From: Eledone cirrhosa
Taxonomy: Eukaryota
Assembly: GCA_964016885.1 (NCBI GenBank)
Contig: OZ024743.1
Coordinates: forward strand, 146,444,001 to 146,508,000
Length of the DNA stretch: 64,000 nt
Direction of reading: 5' to 3'
Part shown: positions 1 through 13,559 of the stretch, piece after piece
How positions within the stretch are numbered: position 1 is the first letter of the stretch
Layout of the letters: each line of letters opens with the position of its first letter
The notes under the pieces: model-generated
What the model was told of the DNA's origin: nothing
The model's database searches: none
Seen by the model: the letters and a program-made list of their open reading frames with translations, nothing else
Position numbers and translations under genes: made by a program

Positions 1-1409
1 GAGAGAGGGAGAGAGAGAGAAGTACACAATGAGATATGTGTTTAATCACCAGAGTGACAAACGTAATACCTACGGAAGGAATGGTGAATACAAATCAATA
101 AAAAGAATATATTAAAGTGTACTAACCATCCGATTATAACAATACACCCGGACATGTGTATGAATAAGAGTATGTTTTGCTATAAAAAGTGAAGAATCGA
201 TATTGTAGATGTTGATTTATAAAGAGCTCTGAATCTATTCCTTGAGCTAATTAGATTATAGGGGTTTAATGTGAGTTTTTAACTCCATTTTTTAACGGTA
301 CTACTCATATTAATTTAGTACTCAAATAGGTTCCTGCCACATAGGTAAATAGATGTTTCTAGCAGTTAACATAGCATCATAATACCAAAGCCGTTCCATA
401 TATATACTGTCATCAGAGTATGAAAAGAAAAGTGTGATGTAACAGATTTTGCTTTTATTTACACTTGACAGAGAAATCAGACAGACACAGCAAAAACCAG
501 AAATAATGCAAACTCCACCACTGTCTCTGTGTGAAAAGAACTTTACAAGAAAAATCAAACAATTAAAGCCACAAGCAAAAACAATATTTAAATACAGCCG
601 ACAAAAGTTGACTATTAATATGGATAATGTTGAAATATAATCTCTTTGGACAGTATTGTTTTATTTTCAGTTTCAATCTCGTGTTCTTTTATAAAGCTCT
701 TTTACACTCAAAGAGACAGTAGCAGTGTTCACAGTATTCCAATTTTCATCTTATCTGCACATTTGTTTCGACAATATAAATGGAAGTACAAATGTTACAT
801 CTCTTTGTCTTTGTCTCATGAAGATGTCATAGACATGGATTAGTATAGATACTATATTTACAACTAGAAACATATTTATCCATCTGTCAGGTATTTGATA
901 TGGTAATGTTTACATATTGAATTGCTATGTGTAATAACATTCCCTTTTCTTGAGCGATTTAGATTTCAGTTGGTGATATATATTCATGCACACTAACATT
1001 ACACATCCAGTGAAGGATGCTTGCTTCATTTCTTTTTAGCTGTTGCACATCTTCTGCACTTAAGACCCATGTCTCACTGCCATGCAGCATTGCAGTTCAA
1101 ACACATGCATCATATAATTTGCTCTGCACTTTGCACCCCCTCCTGTGTCTGGTCATGACATGGCAGGGGGGTTTACACGTTCTATAGATCTGAGAGAGTG
1201 TTACCGTCTGAAGCTTTGCTCCTGGTAGAGTGACCCTTGGTGGGCTGGTCTCCCAGGGATATTCCAAACAAATGGGGACCTGTGGGGCCTCAGTTTATCA
1301 CCAGGATGGCAGCTTCATCATTCGACTATACTGCAGCGGGCCAACAGCCCACCCAAGGTCATTGTCATCCTGAAACCAGAGTGTCACTAGGGTTCAGAGT
1401 GTCACTAGG

Positions 1410-1660
1410 AGGTCAAACATCTTCAACCAGAACCCTGTATGATTGCCTTGCCCAATGTTCCATCCTGGCAACAATGCTCTTTAGCATCTACATGTGTGGT
1501 ATGCCCAGGAAAACTTCTAAGAAATTTGCATATGTAGATGACATCACCTTGGCTACCCAATCTATTGATTTTGACAAACTCAACTTTACACTAACAGAAG
1601 ACCCAAAGAAGATGGAGGACTACTACTGCTACTGGTGCCTTCAGCTCAACTCATTTGTTC
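1410..1660 (+). pseudogene. Non-LTR retrotransposon RT fragment (domains 4-5; Ingi/Vingi/I-like)
   Basis: ORF 1237-1719 contains LAQCSILATMLFSIYM...KKFAYVDDITLATQ..F..L...LTED......Y...W.L.LN, a degenerate LPQGSVLAP/YADD RT core. Confidence 0.65.
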
Positions 1661-2954
1661 ATAGAAATGTGATTGTGGGTGAGCATGGAGCAAATGAGTT
1701 TCTTAAATCATTTCATTGAGAGGTAACACTGGAAAATAAACCCTTAAACATGTATTTAAGATATATAACCTGATAGATTTTCTCTTAGAAACACCTAGGA
1801 GAGAATCTTAATCAGAAAGCTATTGATATCGCTGTCAATTAATTAGTATTCCCACTGCTTTCAGAAGTGAATTGTACCAGTCACTACCTTCTTTCTGCTT
1901 GGTGGACAAAACTATACGGTAAGTGTCTCAGAAGTGATATTTATAGCAGAACAGACAGGAAAAGAATTAATCCTCATTAATAGTAGAGTAGGTATTGTTT
2001 GTAGATTAAGAAGGAATTATTTACTATTGGATATAGGATCTTCCCTAGCATATGAACATATATTTTGGTAACTGGGGCTAGAAAAAAACAGTGTGTGAAT
2101 GTAGCAGAGTAAGTAGTTCTGGGGTTTGTTTGCTATACTGCCAGCTTCCATAATTGGTATATATTTCTTATAACTTAAGCTTACACTATTCTATTTGCTG
2201 ACCTATACTAGCCTTTTGAACAATGATTCTATAATCTATCAGTATAGAGTTATTGACATTTGAAGTAGTTTGAAAGAAACTAAACAAAAATCACAGTAAA
2301 ACCTTAAAACAGTAGAACATTTTATAAGTTATGGTTTTTGTAGTCGTCCGTTTTGCTATATGTAATAATTGATCAATAGTTATTTTGTTTGATCTTTTCC
2401 AATGCCATTCAAATATCTGTAGACTAGATCTGAGAGCAATTAGCATCGTTAGTAACGTTTTGCAGGAATCATGTCACTAAATATTATTGGATTCATTTTT
2501 ATAATGCTATGAAGGTCTCAGAAGTTCTGCTAATTGATACACACAAACATACATGTGCAGGATAATGTTTTCTAACATAACCATATATGCATTTGTATTT
2601 ACATAAATAAATGAATAAATGTGCATATGTATTTATATACTTATGCATATACATTATATCTATACATGTTGAAACATTGGACATAAATCGTTGATCTATA
2701 AATATATATATATATATATACAAATACACCTTATTTCAGACTCACTAGTATCTTTGAATATTATCAACTGCACGAGACCTTTATGTATGGGGAATTAATC
2801 CAGTTCATCAAAACACAATAATCACCACAACCACCACCACCACCACCACCACCATCATGATCATCATCATCATAATCATCATCATTATCATTGTTTAACG
2901 TCTATTTAAATGATGATGATGATTGTGTTTTGAGGAACTGAATTAATTCCCCCA

Positions 2955-3033
<79 letters not shown>

Positions 3034-3068
3034 TTGTTAAACAATATTCAATGATTATGTCATGTATC

Positions 3069-3131
3069 ATTATATTTTTTCTGATGAGGACGTACTATTG
3101 TACATCCGAAATATGTATAATAAAATGTAAT
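3069..3131 (+). ncRNA. Minimal type-I hammerhead ribozyme (Penelope-type)
   Basis: Stem I attatatttttt/ataaaatgtaat; CTGATGA 3081-3087; stem II ggacgtac-tatt-gtacatcc; GAAA 3108-3111; tatgta; TA. Confidence 0.7.
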
Positions 3132-3166
3132 TGATCAAAAGAACATCTATTTTATTAATACTTATA

Positions 3167-3212
<46 letters not shown>

Positions 3213-3215
<3 letters not shown>

Positions 3216-3420
3216 CGAAGGAAATGTGGTAAGGAACCAGATGGACCATAACGCACCAAAGTACTCAATACTTAGGGTAGTCGAGTGGGTAATAGTAACG
3301 AATAGGACCCCGACGGCTAAGCTCAAGCCGTTTCGACGGCTAATTCTGGACTAAAATTTTAGTCCAGAATTAGCCGTCGAAACGGCTTGAGCTCAGCCGT
3401 CGGGGTCCTACTCATTCCTA
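3213..3420. repeat. Palindromic repeat element between (TA)n tracts (copy 1; copy 2 inverted at 35365-35575)
   Basis: Near-perfect ~52-bp-arm palindrome taggaccccgacggc...aaaatttt...gccgtcggggtccta plus a unique arm; a highly similar reverse-complement copy lies at 35.4-35.6 kb. Confidence 0.85.
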
Positions 3421-3713
3421 TATATATATATATGTATATTTGAAAGTAAGGTTTTTAAATATTTCCCACATGGGTAAAAGTATAGGAAAAAGAAGTTGAA
3501 AATGCTATTCGAGTATTCAAGAAGGTTTATTTACTTATAGCTTTACTGGTTTCACAAGTTTCATGATGTGTGGCTATGCTGTCGTGTAACTTGTGATATA
3601 CATGACAGCATAGCCACGCATCTCTCCATCTCACTTAACTTTTGAAAATCATGAAACCTATGAAACCAGTAAAGTTATGTCTTTGTAAATAAATCTTCTT
3701 AAAGATTCCATTT

Positions 3714-3793
<80 letters not shown>

Positions 3794-3802
3794 GTCTGTG
3801 CA

Positions 3803-3852
<50 letters not shown>

Positions 3853-6800
3853 CACACAAAAATATGCTATTTGCATAAATTTTCTATACTATCTTATATG
3901 CAAAGCTTTTTTTATTTTTGTTTTTGCCTTTACTGCTTCAAATGTCTTTACTGCTAAATATTCTCCTTAATATTAAGTTGGAGTACAACCTAAGTAATGA
4001 CTTTCTAGGCATTACAAAATCGTTTTTTATGGCATAGAGTATCTAGAATTACATTATATAGAGTGTCAATCCTCTTTTAAGAGGGGAGATTAAGGTTTAA
4101 GGAAACTTTGACTGCTGTTTATAATAGATTGAACACCTACGTGGTGGTTCACTCTTTGGCTTACATGTGTAGATAGATATTTTATGAACCTTAACGGGAT
4201 GGAAGGTGAAACCCATCTTAACTGGATTTGAACTCAGAATGCAAAGACACATAATAATGTGTTAGCCCCTGTGACAGCGGTTTCAAATTGAGGCACAGCA
4301 TTTGTGGAGAGGGGAAGTTAGTTATATTTACCCCCAGTACTTTAATGTTACTTTATCTTATCAACCCCAGAAGGATGAAAAGCAAAGTCAACCTTGGTGG
4401 GATTTGAACTCAGACCATAAAATATCATAACTAAATGGTATAAAGCCTTTTGTCTGACACTGTAACGATTCTATCAATCCACTGCCCTTGACTGCCATAA
4501 ATATTAATGAATAAAGATAGTTTATGAATTATATATAATATATATAATTATATATAATATATATAATTCTAATTCAGTCTAACCCATGCCAGCGTGGAAG
4601 ATGTACGTTAAACGATGATGATGATGATGATGATGATGATATCTAAACTTTGTTTCATATCTATGTCCAGAATGTTCATGTTATTTCAATCTCTTTTATT
4701 GAGCCTATCTATTTGTAATGTATATTTTTGAATGGCTTAGAGGATGAAGAGTAGCACACATGATTCCTTTCAGGGCCTCTATGACTATCTGGAGGAAGTT
4801 ATCTTCAAACTGGAGACATGGCTTGAATGCTTGCAATAGAATGGGCTCCACTAAAGGTATCTAAGGACTATGTGGTGATGTTAAACCAGGTGATATGTTA
4901 AGTCCACCACCAAAGAATAGTAACATTCCCCCCCAATGATACTTCACACAGTTCCTTACTACCAAATTTCACTCACAAGTCTTTGATTCCCTAGAAACTC
5001 TGGTAGATGCTACTTGCCCAAGATGTTACACAATGCTATCTATCCCCAAACCACATTATTATGAAGTTCACTTCTTAACCATACAACCAGGCTTGCACCA
5101 AATTACTGCTATTTCCAAGAGTTTTCCTTGGGTTTCATGGTGTGTTATTAATAGATGTTAGCTACAACAATAGTACTTCAAAAGTGTGCACAAATGTGTT
5201 TCTCCTAATAATAGACCCAGAAAAATTTATATCCTCTAACAACACTGTAAAAAAACTGAAACATAACTTAGAAAATGTTATTATCTCTAATAGTAGGCAC
5301 AATAAAACTTCCAGCTGTAAGGGCATGCCAGAATACATCAGAACGTAACATGCCTGCCTAATGGCCCAATGCCTTATTGAAGTGCTTGACTATTGAGAAA
5401 AAAATTCAGCCAAAAAGCTTACAAGAAAAGGTTAAATTAGATTTATGGAGAATACATTCAAGAGCTGATATATACAACACAATCACTATTTTCAGTATTA
5501 AAGAAAAAAATAACTGGTAAAAAGATTTATCCTAAGTATCATGTTTTTGAAGTGGAAATACATTTATGAGTTATTGCAATCGCCCCTCACAATCTCTCAT
5601 ATCATGGCGAGTGAACTGATTTTGTCTTCTGCATAAATTGGCATACTGTTTGTAATATCTAAAGAATACACATGCCACCCACTTACATACAATATTCTAC
5701 ATAAGTTTAGAATGTTCAGTTTTAAGTGTAAGTCTTGGCCAACTTCATGGATATTCAGTTAAAAGTATACAGACACTATTTCTGTAGTAATTGACATTCA
5801 CTCTAATAATGTGACATCTTCATATAACTTTGAATAAGCCTTACTGCTGTAGTCAGTACTACGGTGTGATTGATCAAGACATGCAGTGAACAAACCAAAG
5901 ACTCATTTAAATGTTTATTGCTTGTTTTCCATTTGCAAGGAAATGAAAACTAACCAGAGTAGGTTTGCCATCAATGTTGCTGTTGCATCTGAAGCTAAAC
6001 TGATTGTCTTTTCCTCTCTCTTCCCACCTTACTTGAAAGGACATATTCCATCATGACATAAAACTTGTCTAATTAAGTTGAACACTGTTATAGTTGCTGG
6101 AGGACATATTTAAAAATTAGATCAAAATGTTGTAGCGACTCCAAGGTCTCTCTCCTTTATTTTATTGTCACTGTTTCTTCACACAATTTGGAGTTAATAG
6201 CAACTTCAATAAAAGCTTTTCTCATTCGCCTTCTTTCAATTTAATGGATACTTTCCTTTTTGGCATTTTCCAATCCCATTTACTGCTTCCTTTCCTAACT
6301 TGTCTTTGAGCTTCTCACTTTCTAATGAAAGGTTTTGTTTACACTTCCCCATCACTATGTACATGATAGCTATGATTCAGTCAACTCCCATCTTGTGTTA
6401 AATATATTTACAGATGACACCTAAAACATTTTGCCATAAGCTGATAATATTATATAATTCTTAACACACTCTTACAGCTTTGCAATTACACATTCTCTTT
6501 ACAACTTTCAGTCATCTCACATTGATTGTTTGCAAAAAAGGAAAACAAAGCCTTACATTTTTCATTGAATTTTCACCTGAGGCTCTCTGGATCTTGTAGG
6601 CTCAATACATCATTATGCTAGCGAATATCCGAAATGTTACTCTTCATGATGCTTTCTTCTAATTATATCTACGTATTTCAACAACCGTTGAAATCAGAAT
6701 TATTTTGTCCATTATATGGCTTTTGTGTGTGACTGCAGCTCATGTTGGCTCTATTGTTAGTTTAACCTCATTAATAGGAAAGTATCGCTATATTATCTTT

Positions 6801-7629
6801 ATCAAGTAAGCCTAAATGTCATTGCTTAGTGCATTCTATCTTGAATAAATCTTAGCCTCTATTAACCTCGAAAATTACAATGAAATTCTCTCATGTATTT
6901 TCAACACTCTTTTAATAGCTGCATCTCATGAACGATATGGAATACATGATAAACATGACTCAAACAATGACAAATTGACTAGTTCTATGCGATTTTTATA
7001 GACAGTAAATGCTGTCTGAGTTTTACCAAAATAAATATCTATTTTCAGTTTCTGTTGAAAGGAAAAAAGGAAGGAACATTTAAATTGTATTACTAATAAA
7101 CACTTCCTTTGGTTTAATTCATCTGTTATTTTCTCTTCTTTTGCACTTCTGTTTTATAGACATGTACATGCACCGATGCATTATTTTGTTATTTTATGTA
7201 TAACCTATTTAATGTGAGTGTGTGTTTATTAAATGAGCCACTTGTAGGGCAGAATTCTTTAAGTGGAAACAACAGCAACATGACCAGAAGTGTGTATATG
7301 TGAGAATTTGATAAGATTTTAGTGTTAAAGCTCTTTATTACATTTCTATGATTTTAGTCAATTTATTTTAGAGATATGACTTTAAAACATTGATCAAGTA
7401 ATAATTCATAAGAGACTGACCCAGAATACAGAAAACATGCAACAATAACAACAAAATGATAAAGTTAACTTGTAAATGCAGAGAGATATGTATTGGATGA
7501 ACAAATCAGCAATATGAAAATATATGGAATCTTTTACAAGGTAGCAACATCTAGTGACATGTTTCAGTACAGAATAACACACCAAAGAAAGAAATACACA
7601 AACAGATCTTAGTCTCTCTCTCTCTCTTA

Positions 7630-8062
<433 letters not shown>

Positions 8063-8467
8063 ATACTCTAAACCTCCAGATTGCAGAAGAACACTTCATT
8101 AGGAAACATAACCTCATCTTGAACTGCAGAACAGAATTGGACTCATGAAAATACATGATAAGTATTCTCAAACAGTAAAGATATATGCTCCAATACTTCT
8201 AAGCCCAAATCTTCTAATTTATCAATGAAAACAAAAAGAAACCTGAGAAATGGAGGGTTATGAATCTGAAATGTTTTATGGTTAAGCAATCAATATATCT
8301 TAAACTAGCAACAAGGCCTCCAGTTATCTGTAGGGTTAATATTTCTGTTGATTTTTCTTATTATGTTTTTTTATTTTTTCCATCAATCACACAAAACTGC
8401 ACAGACATACTACTTACAGTGTAAACTTATTGCTTGTGATACGCTTACACAATACACACATGACACA

Positions 8468-8514
<47 letters not shown>

Positions 8515-8663
8515 ACATACACATATATCCAACATGGGTAAAAATATAGGCAACACATCACAATAGCTACATCTCTTATTGCACTGTGAAACCGGTAAAA
8601 TTATTGTAAATAAATCTTCTTAAAGACTCCAAATGCATTTTAAACTTCATTTTCAAATATATA

Positions 8664-9903
8664 CAGGGTCTAACAGGTAATTTGGGACCATTTAAATATC
8701 TTTATTTTAATTGGTATAACTTGGAAAAATCAAACACTTCAAAAGTTATGTTTATGCCAATTTATTCTGGGGTGTTTAGTACTTATTTCAGTTCAATGTA
8801 ACTGCCTTTAGCTTTCTTTACCAGTTCAATCAATTTACTAAATGATGTGCATACCTTTACTATTTCTTCTTTTATCATTTTATCAAATGCTTGCTTGATC
8901 AAAGCCTTCAGTGAGGACACACAGTTGTGAGAAGTTGCATTGGATATTACTTCAACTGAGCTCCATAGCCCCAAATCACACAGATTCAAATCTGGCGAGC
9001 TAGAGGGCTAGATATTTTTAGTGACAAACATGGGTCAAAATTCTTGCATTCTCTTTGAAGAATGGGCAGGTGCAAAGTCCTGTACAAAAATGACTTCACT
9101 TGGATCATAATGCTTCCTAATCCAATGCAACAAAACTTCTGTGTTGATTTTAAGATCTGCTTCAATAAAATGAGGAGGCATCAATATCCCATCGCTTGCA
9201 ACAGCTCCAAAGACCATAATGGAAGCCGGATTCTTGCTATGCATAGCTGAAGGAACTTGTGAAGGCTGTACACTATCACTTGTGAGTTTTGCTGGTTTGT
9301 AACTTTGTCTACTGTGAACTTCTTTTCATCTACGAAGATGCAAACATCTCTGCCATGATGTTTCAGATGACTAAGAAGTTTTGGACTTCTTTCAGCTAAA
9401 ATGGCTTTGGAGCAGGTAGTTAGGATGTTACGGTGTCTCCTCATGTATGATTTCATATGGAGGTCTTGTCTTACAGCCCTAGAAACAATCATTTTAAGGA
9501 TTTCTTGATCTTGAGCTAACTTCCTCATCGATTTTGATGGATGTGACTCAATTGATCTTTTAAGTGCTGCTAAGAAGGGAGGTGTGTGTTTTCAGTCACT
9601 GTTAGGCTTTCTCTGAATATCCCGACGTTTCTTCAAATTGGCTACAACTCTAAAAACAGTAGATTTGGCATACTTTGTGACTTTAACAGTCTCCCCAGCA
9701 CTTTTGCCGGCATGGAATAATTCAGCAATTACACTTCTATGGTTTAATTCTTTATTAACATAGTATCTTTTATTTCAGATTGAAGTAATTATGAGTAAGG
9801 GATTATTCAAGCTGGTGATATTTAAAATTTAGACTCAAACAAAATCTATACAATTAGAAATATACCCATTTGAAAGTTGTCCCAATTTACCTGTTATACT
9901 CTC
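8664..9903 (-). mobile_element. Degenerate Tc1/mariner DNA transposon (maT/DD37D-like) with TIRs and TA TSD
   Basis: ~30-bp imperfect TIRs (cagggtctaacaggtaatttgggac / gtcccaatttacctgttatactctc) flanked by TA. Fragmented minus-strand transposase: FVDEKKFTVD..NQQN, PASIMVFGAVASDG, FVQDFAPAH, SPDLNLCD. Confidence 0.85.
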
Positions 9904-9909
9904 TATATA

Positions 9910-10592
9910 TCATTATCATCATCATTTTACATCCGCTTTACCTTGCTTGCAAGGGTGGGACGGGTCCTATTCAGCACAGCATCTCTTCATTCATCACGGT
10001 CCTTCATCATCTCCTCTGTGAGCTTCAGCGATCTGAGGTCAGCTCCCCCCCCCCATGATTTTCATAGTCTTTCTCTGCTGCGTCTTCCTTCCACTGGGAT
10101 TTCTTGGCACTTTTCTACCCAGCGGTCATCTTCCATGTGCATCACATACCCAGACCAACGCAGTCTTCTCTCCCACACACTACAGCTTATCTCTCTTATA
10201 CACAGTTTCTCTCTCAACTCACCTATGCTTGGTCATTCAAGCACATTGACATTGGACATCCAATGGAGCATGCTTGCTCCATTTCTCTCCAGCCATCGTA
10301 CATCCTTCGCATTTGCTGCCCATGTCTCACTACCATGCAGCATCGCACATCTCAAACCGGCCTTTCGTTTATAGGCAGAAACCCTTCTTTGTCAACAGAG
10401 GAAACAACTCTCTAAACTTCTTCCAATCTATCCTTATTCTAGATACTATGGCTTCAGAGCACCCTTCTCCCTTGCAAATCTGATCACCTAGGTATTGGAA
10501 GCTATCAACCACCTCTATAGATCCTACCTGCATTTGAAAAATGTGTCTATCACTGCGACTTCTACTGTCAAATTTCCCTGAACATCTATTGC
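9910..10592 (-). mobile_element. RTE-clade LINE 3' fragment with (TGA)n tail
   Basis: EVVDSFQYLGDQI...SRIRIDWKKFRELFPLL; 3' end cccacccttgcaagc...gcggatgtaaaatgatgatg is shared with the other RTE copies. Confidence 0.85.
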
Positions 10593-10604
10593 ATATATAT
10601 ATAT

Positions 10605-10646
<42 letters not shown>

Positions 10647-11256
10647 AACATGGGGAGAAGAAAACTGCATGGTTGCACATGGATTACATATTATAAAATT
10701 AGTCCCTCATCAGTGATTTGCCAATGATCATTGGTATTTCATCGCATTAAAAATCATATACCTCAGGTTGGTGCGAGCAATAACTAAAATAAGCTATTGG
10801 GACAAGTGAATATATATATATATATATATATATACTAATAGATTTACAAAATCACACTGCCACAAAATGTTTTATGCACCCATGACGTGTACTGTGCCAC
10901 ACACTATCTTACTCAGTGATAACTGGAGTAAATTCCAGAAACAGAGTATACTCATACATATTTAGTAGCATGGTTGTGACAATTGAACAAGTCAATCAGG
11001 GTTATCAATAAAATTAATACAATTAATATCAACCAATTAATAAATTAAATCAATTAATAAAAAAATATAATATATATATATATATACTTTTGTTCACGAC
11101 TTCATCATCATCATCATCATCACCATTTTATGTCCATTCTGCCACGCTAGCATATGTTAGACGGGTTGACCTGTTGTGGGCAATGCCAGGTCAGGTCAGG
11201 TGAAGGTGTCTTGCTCATACAGAACTTATTTTGGCTTGAATTCTACAGCTGGATGC

Positions 11257-11302
<46 letters not shown>

Positions 11303-11469
11303 GTATATAAGAAAGGTTGCCCCGATTACAAAGGTTAATAAAAAACAAACACAAGATCATAAGAGAAAAAACTTTGTATTTATAATAAGTACATTACATG
11401 CTATTGTGGTTTAAGTGGTTTTGAAAATGGTATAATTTAAATGACGACTGCCAATGTCCCGTGGAATTG

Positions 11470-11649
11470 CATTGATGATGTTTATCTAAAGTTAGAAACC
11501 CACAGACGAATTGTTTTTTCATCCGGTACGGCATCATGACGACGAAGGGCAAAGTGTCTTTGGAAGGAATGCTGCGTTGTTACGATGGACTCACCATTCT
11601 TAAGAAACTCCTCCACAACAAATGCACGATGATCTCCACTCCAAGCCAT
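11470..11649 (-). pseudogene. N-terminal HTH fragment of a rosa/DD41D-like Tc1/mariner transposase
   Basis: Manual translation MAWSGDHRAFVVEEFLKNGESIVTTQHSFQRHF...VPDEKTIRLWVSNFR*TSS resembles the DUF4817-type HTH. Confidence 0.7.
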
Positions 11650-11725
11650 GGTGGGGTACTACCTGAAACAGAAAATTAATGGCATGTAATGTACTTATTC
11701 TAAATACAAAGTCTTTTCTCTTATG

Positions 11726-12067
11726 ATCACATAAGAAACGGAGAATCAGTGGTGCGACGAATTAAAGTTTATTAGACATATTACAATCGTTTCTCTGGTG
11801 ACCAGCTTGATGCATGATCAATGCAATGATCGAACCTGACTCTGAAATCGCAAGATCCTCAGATACGTCTCAATTCTTCGAACCAGAGTTTCCAAACAGT
11901 TTCCAAACAGTTAAAAGAATTGAGACGTATCTGAGGAACTTGCAATTTCAGAGTCAGGTCTGATCATCGCATCGATCTTGCCTCAAGCTGGTCGCCAGAG
12001 AAACAATTGTAATATGTCTAATAAATTTTAATTCGTCGCACCACTGATTCTCCGTTTCTTATGTGAT
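11726..12067. repeat. Long inverted repeat (~155-bp arms) with a hammerhead in each arm
   Basis: atcacataagaaacggagaatc... / ...gattctccgtttcttatgtgat, arms roughly 90% identical; short spacer with duplicated agtttccaaac. Confidence 0.9.
11923..12019 (+). ncRNA. Type-I hammerhead ribozyme (mirror copy at 11774-11870, minus strand)
   Basis: agacgtat-CTGAGGA-long stem II-GAAA-caattg-TA-atatgtct; stem III acaattgt is palindromic. Confidence 0.75.
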
Positions 12068-12142
12068 ATTATACTCTGCTCTGTAAGAACATTGAGTGCT
12101 CAAACGGCCTACCGCTTACGGATGCTTTAAGCATCCCACACC

Positions 12143-12182
<40 letters not shown>

Positions 12183-12577
12183 ATATATTAAAAGCTGACC
12201 TTGTCCAATTACACCTCTGGCGTCACGCAGTAATACAGAAGACTCAACCTCCCATGGATACAAGCCGAAGCTGAAGCATATAGACAATATGCCCCCACCC
12301 CCTCCCACTGTAAAGGTGCCACATTAAAAAAAGCACCCAGCACTCACTGTAAATGAGGTTGGTGTTAGGAAGGGCATCCAGCTGTAGAAATCAAGCCAAA
12401 ATCAGTTCCTGTATGAACAAGACAAAGTAACCTGACCTGACATTGCCCACAACAGGGCAACCCGTCTAACCCATACTAGCATGGAAGAATGGACGTAAAA
12501 TGGTGATGATGATGATGATGATATATATATACATATATATATATATATTGATGATGATGATATATATATATATATAT

Positions 12578-12920
12578 GGAGGCATATGGCTTAGTGGTTA
12601 GAGCATTGGCCTTGCAATCGAAAGGTTGTGAGTTCAATTCTCAGACCGGGTGATGTGCTGTGTACTTGAGCAAGACACTTTATTTCACATTGCTCCAGTT
12701 TATTCAGCTGTAGAAATGAGATGATAGGGACTGGGGTCCCTATCATTCCACTGCAAAGTGGTCATGGAGGTGCCAGGGCAAAAAAAGCACCCAGCACTCA
12801 CTGTAAATGAGGTTGGTGTTAGGAAGGGCATCCAGCTGTAGAAATCAAGCCAGAATCAGTTCCCGCCCCACCCTTGCAAGCAGGGAAAAGCGGACGTAAA
12901 ATGAAATGATGATGAAATAA

Positions 12921-12923
<3 letters not shown>
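12578..12923 (+). mobile_element. tRNA-derived SINE family A (CORE-like middle, RTE-derived tail)
   Basis: A-box tggcttagtgg, B-box gagttcaattc, cttgagcaagacacttta core; 3' end shared with the RTE tail plus (TGA)n. Confidence 0.85.
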
Positions 12924-12956
<33 letters not shown>

Positions 12957-13260
12957 CGTAAAATTAGTTATATTTATCTCCAATATTTATCTCCAATATT
13001 TATCTCCAAATCACTGATTTGTCGAGCAAACCTGCCAAAACCACTTCTAAATTTTTTGGGGGTGTTAGTAGGCGTCTGTCATCTTACCATCCCATTCCTA
13101 CTGACTAGCCTCTGTGTCACGTGATTGATTCTTTAGAATCGGCCATATGACCAGTGGCTGGAATCCAGTCCTCGATAGCTGTTCCATTTACCGAATTATT
13201 ATTATTTTTAAATGAGTCCCCAGTGTCCGCGCATTGCCTGGAGACTTGGCTGAGAATGAC

Positions 13261-13340
13261 CTCCCTGATGACGCAATGAAATTCTCAACAGTTCATTACG
13301 TAACTGTCTTTATCCCATTGCAGAAACTAATTAGTTGGAG
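13261..13340 (+). ncRNA. Type-I hammerhead ribozyme within an element with inverted ends (~12945-13410)
   Basis: ctcc-CTGATGA-c-gcaatg..cattgc-a-GAAA-ctaattag-TT-ggag; stem III actaattagt is a perfect palindrome; flanking IR tataaaagacgtaaaat / attttacgtcttttata. Confidence 0.75.
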
Positions 13341-13522
13341 TGAAAATTTAAGTAAGTTAATTTTTTAAAAATTTTTTTAAAAAATTTTCTTATTTTACGT
13401 CTTTTATATTATTCTTCTGCATTCTCCTGCATTGAACCACCTAGGTACTATGACATAACCTGTGTATTTGCTGGCATTAGCGTACATCTGTGCGCTTATG
13501 TTAGTAGATATATTAAATTATC

Positions 13523-13559
<37 letters not shown>

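Noticed and set aside
1760-2330. Possible Penelope GIY-YIG/hammerhead remnant
   Set aside because: Motifs too degenerate to support.
5500-7100. Possible decayed transposase on the minus strand
   Set aside because: No diagnostic motif could be read with confidence.
10681-10715. CTGATGA-stem on the minus strand (also CTGACGA at 61742 and GAAA-ctcaag-TA near 42985)
   Set aside because: Only half of a hammerhead core in each case; not counted as ribozymes.
12578-12650. tRNA gene calls at SINE heads
   Set aside because: A and B boxes are present but there is no full cloverleaf or terminator, and the heads are fused to SINE bodies.
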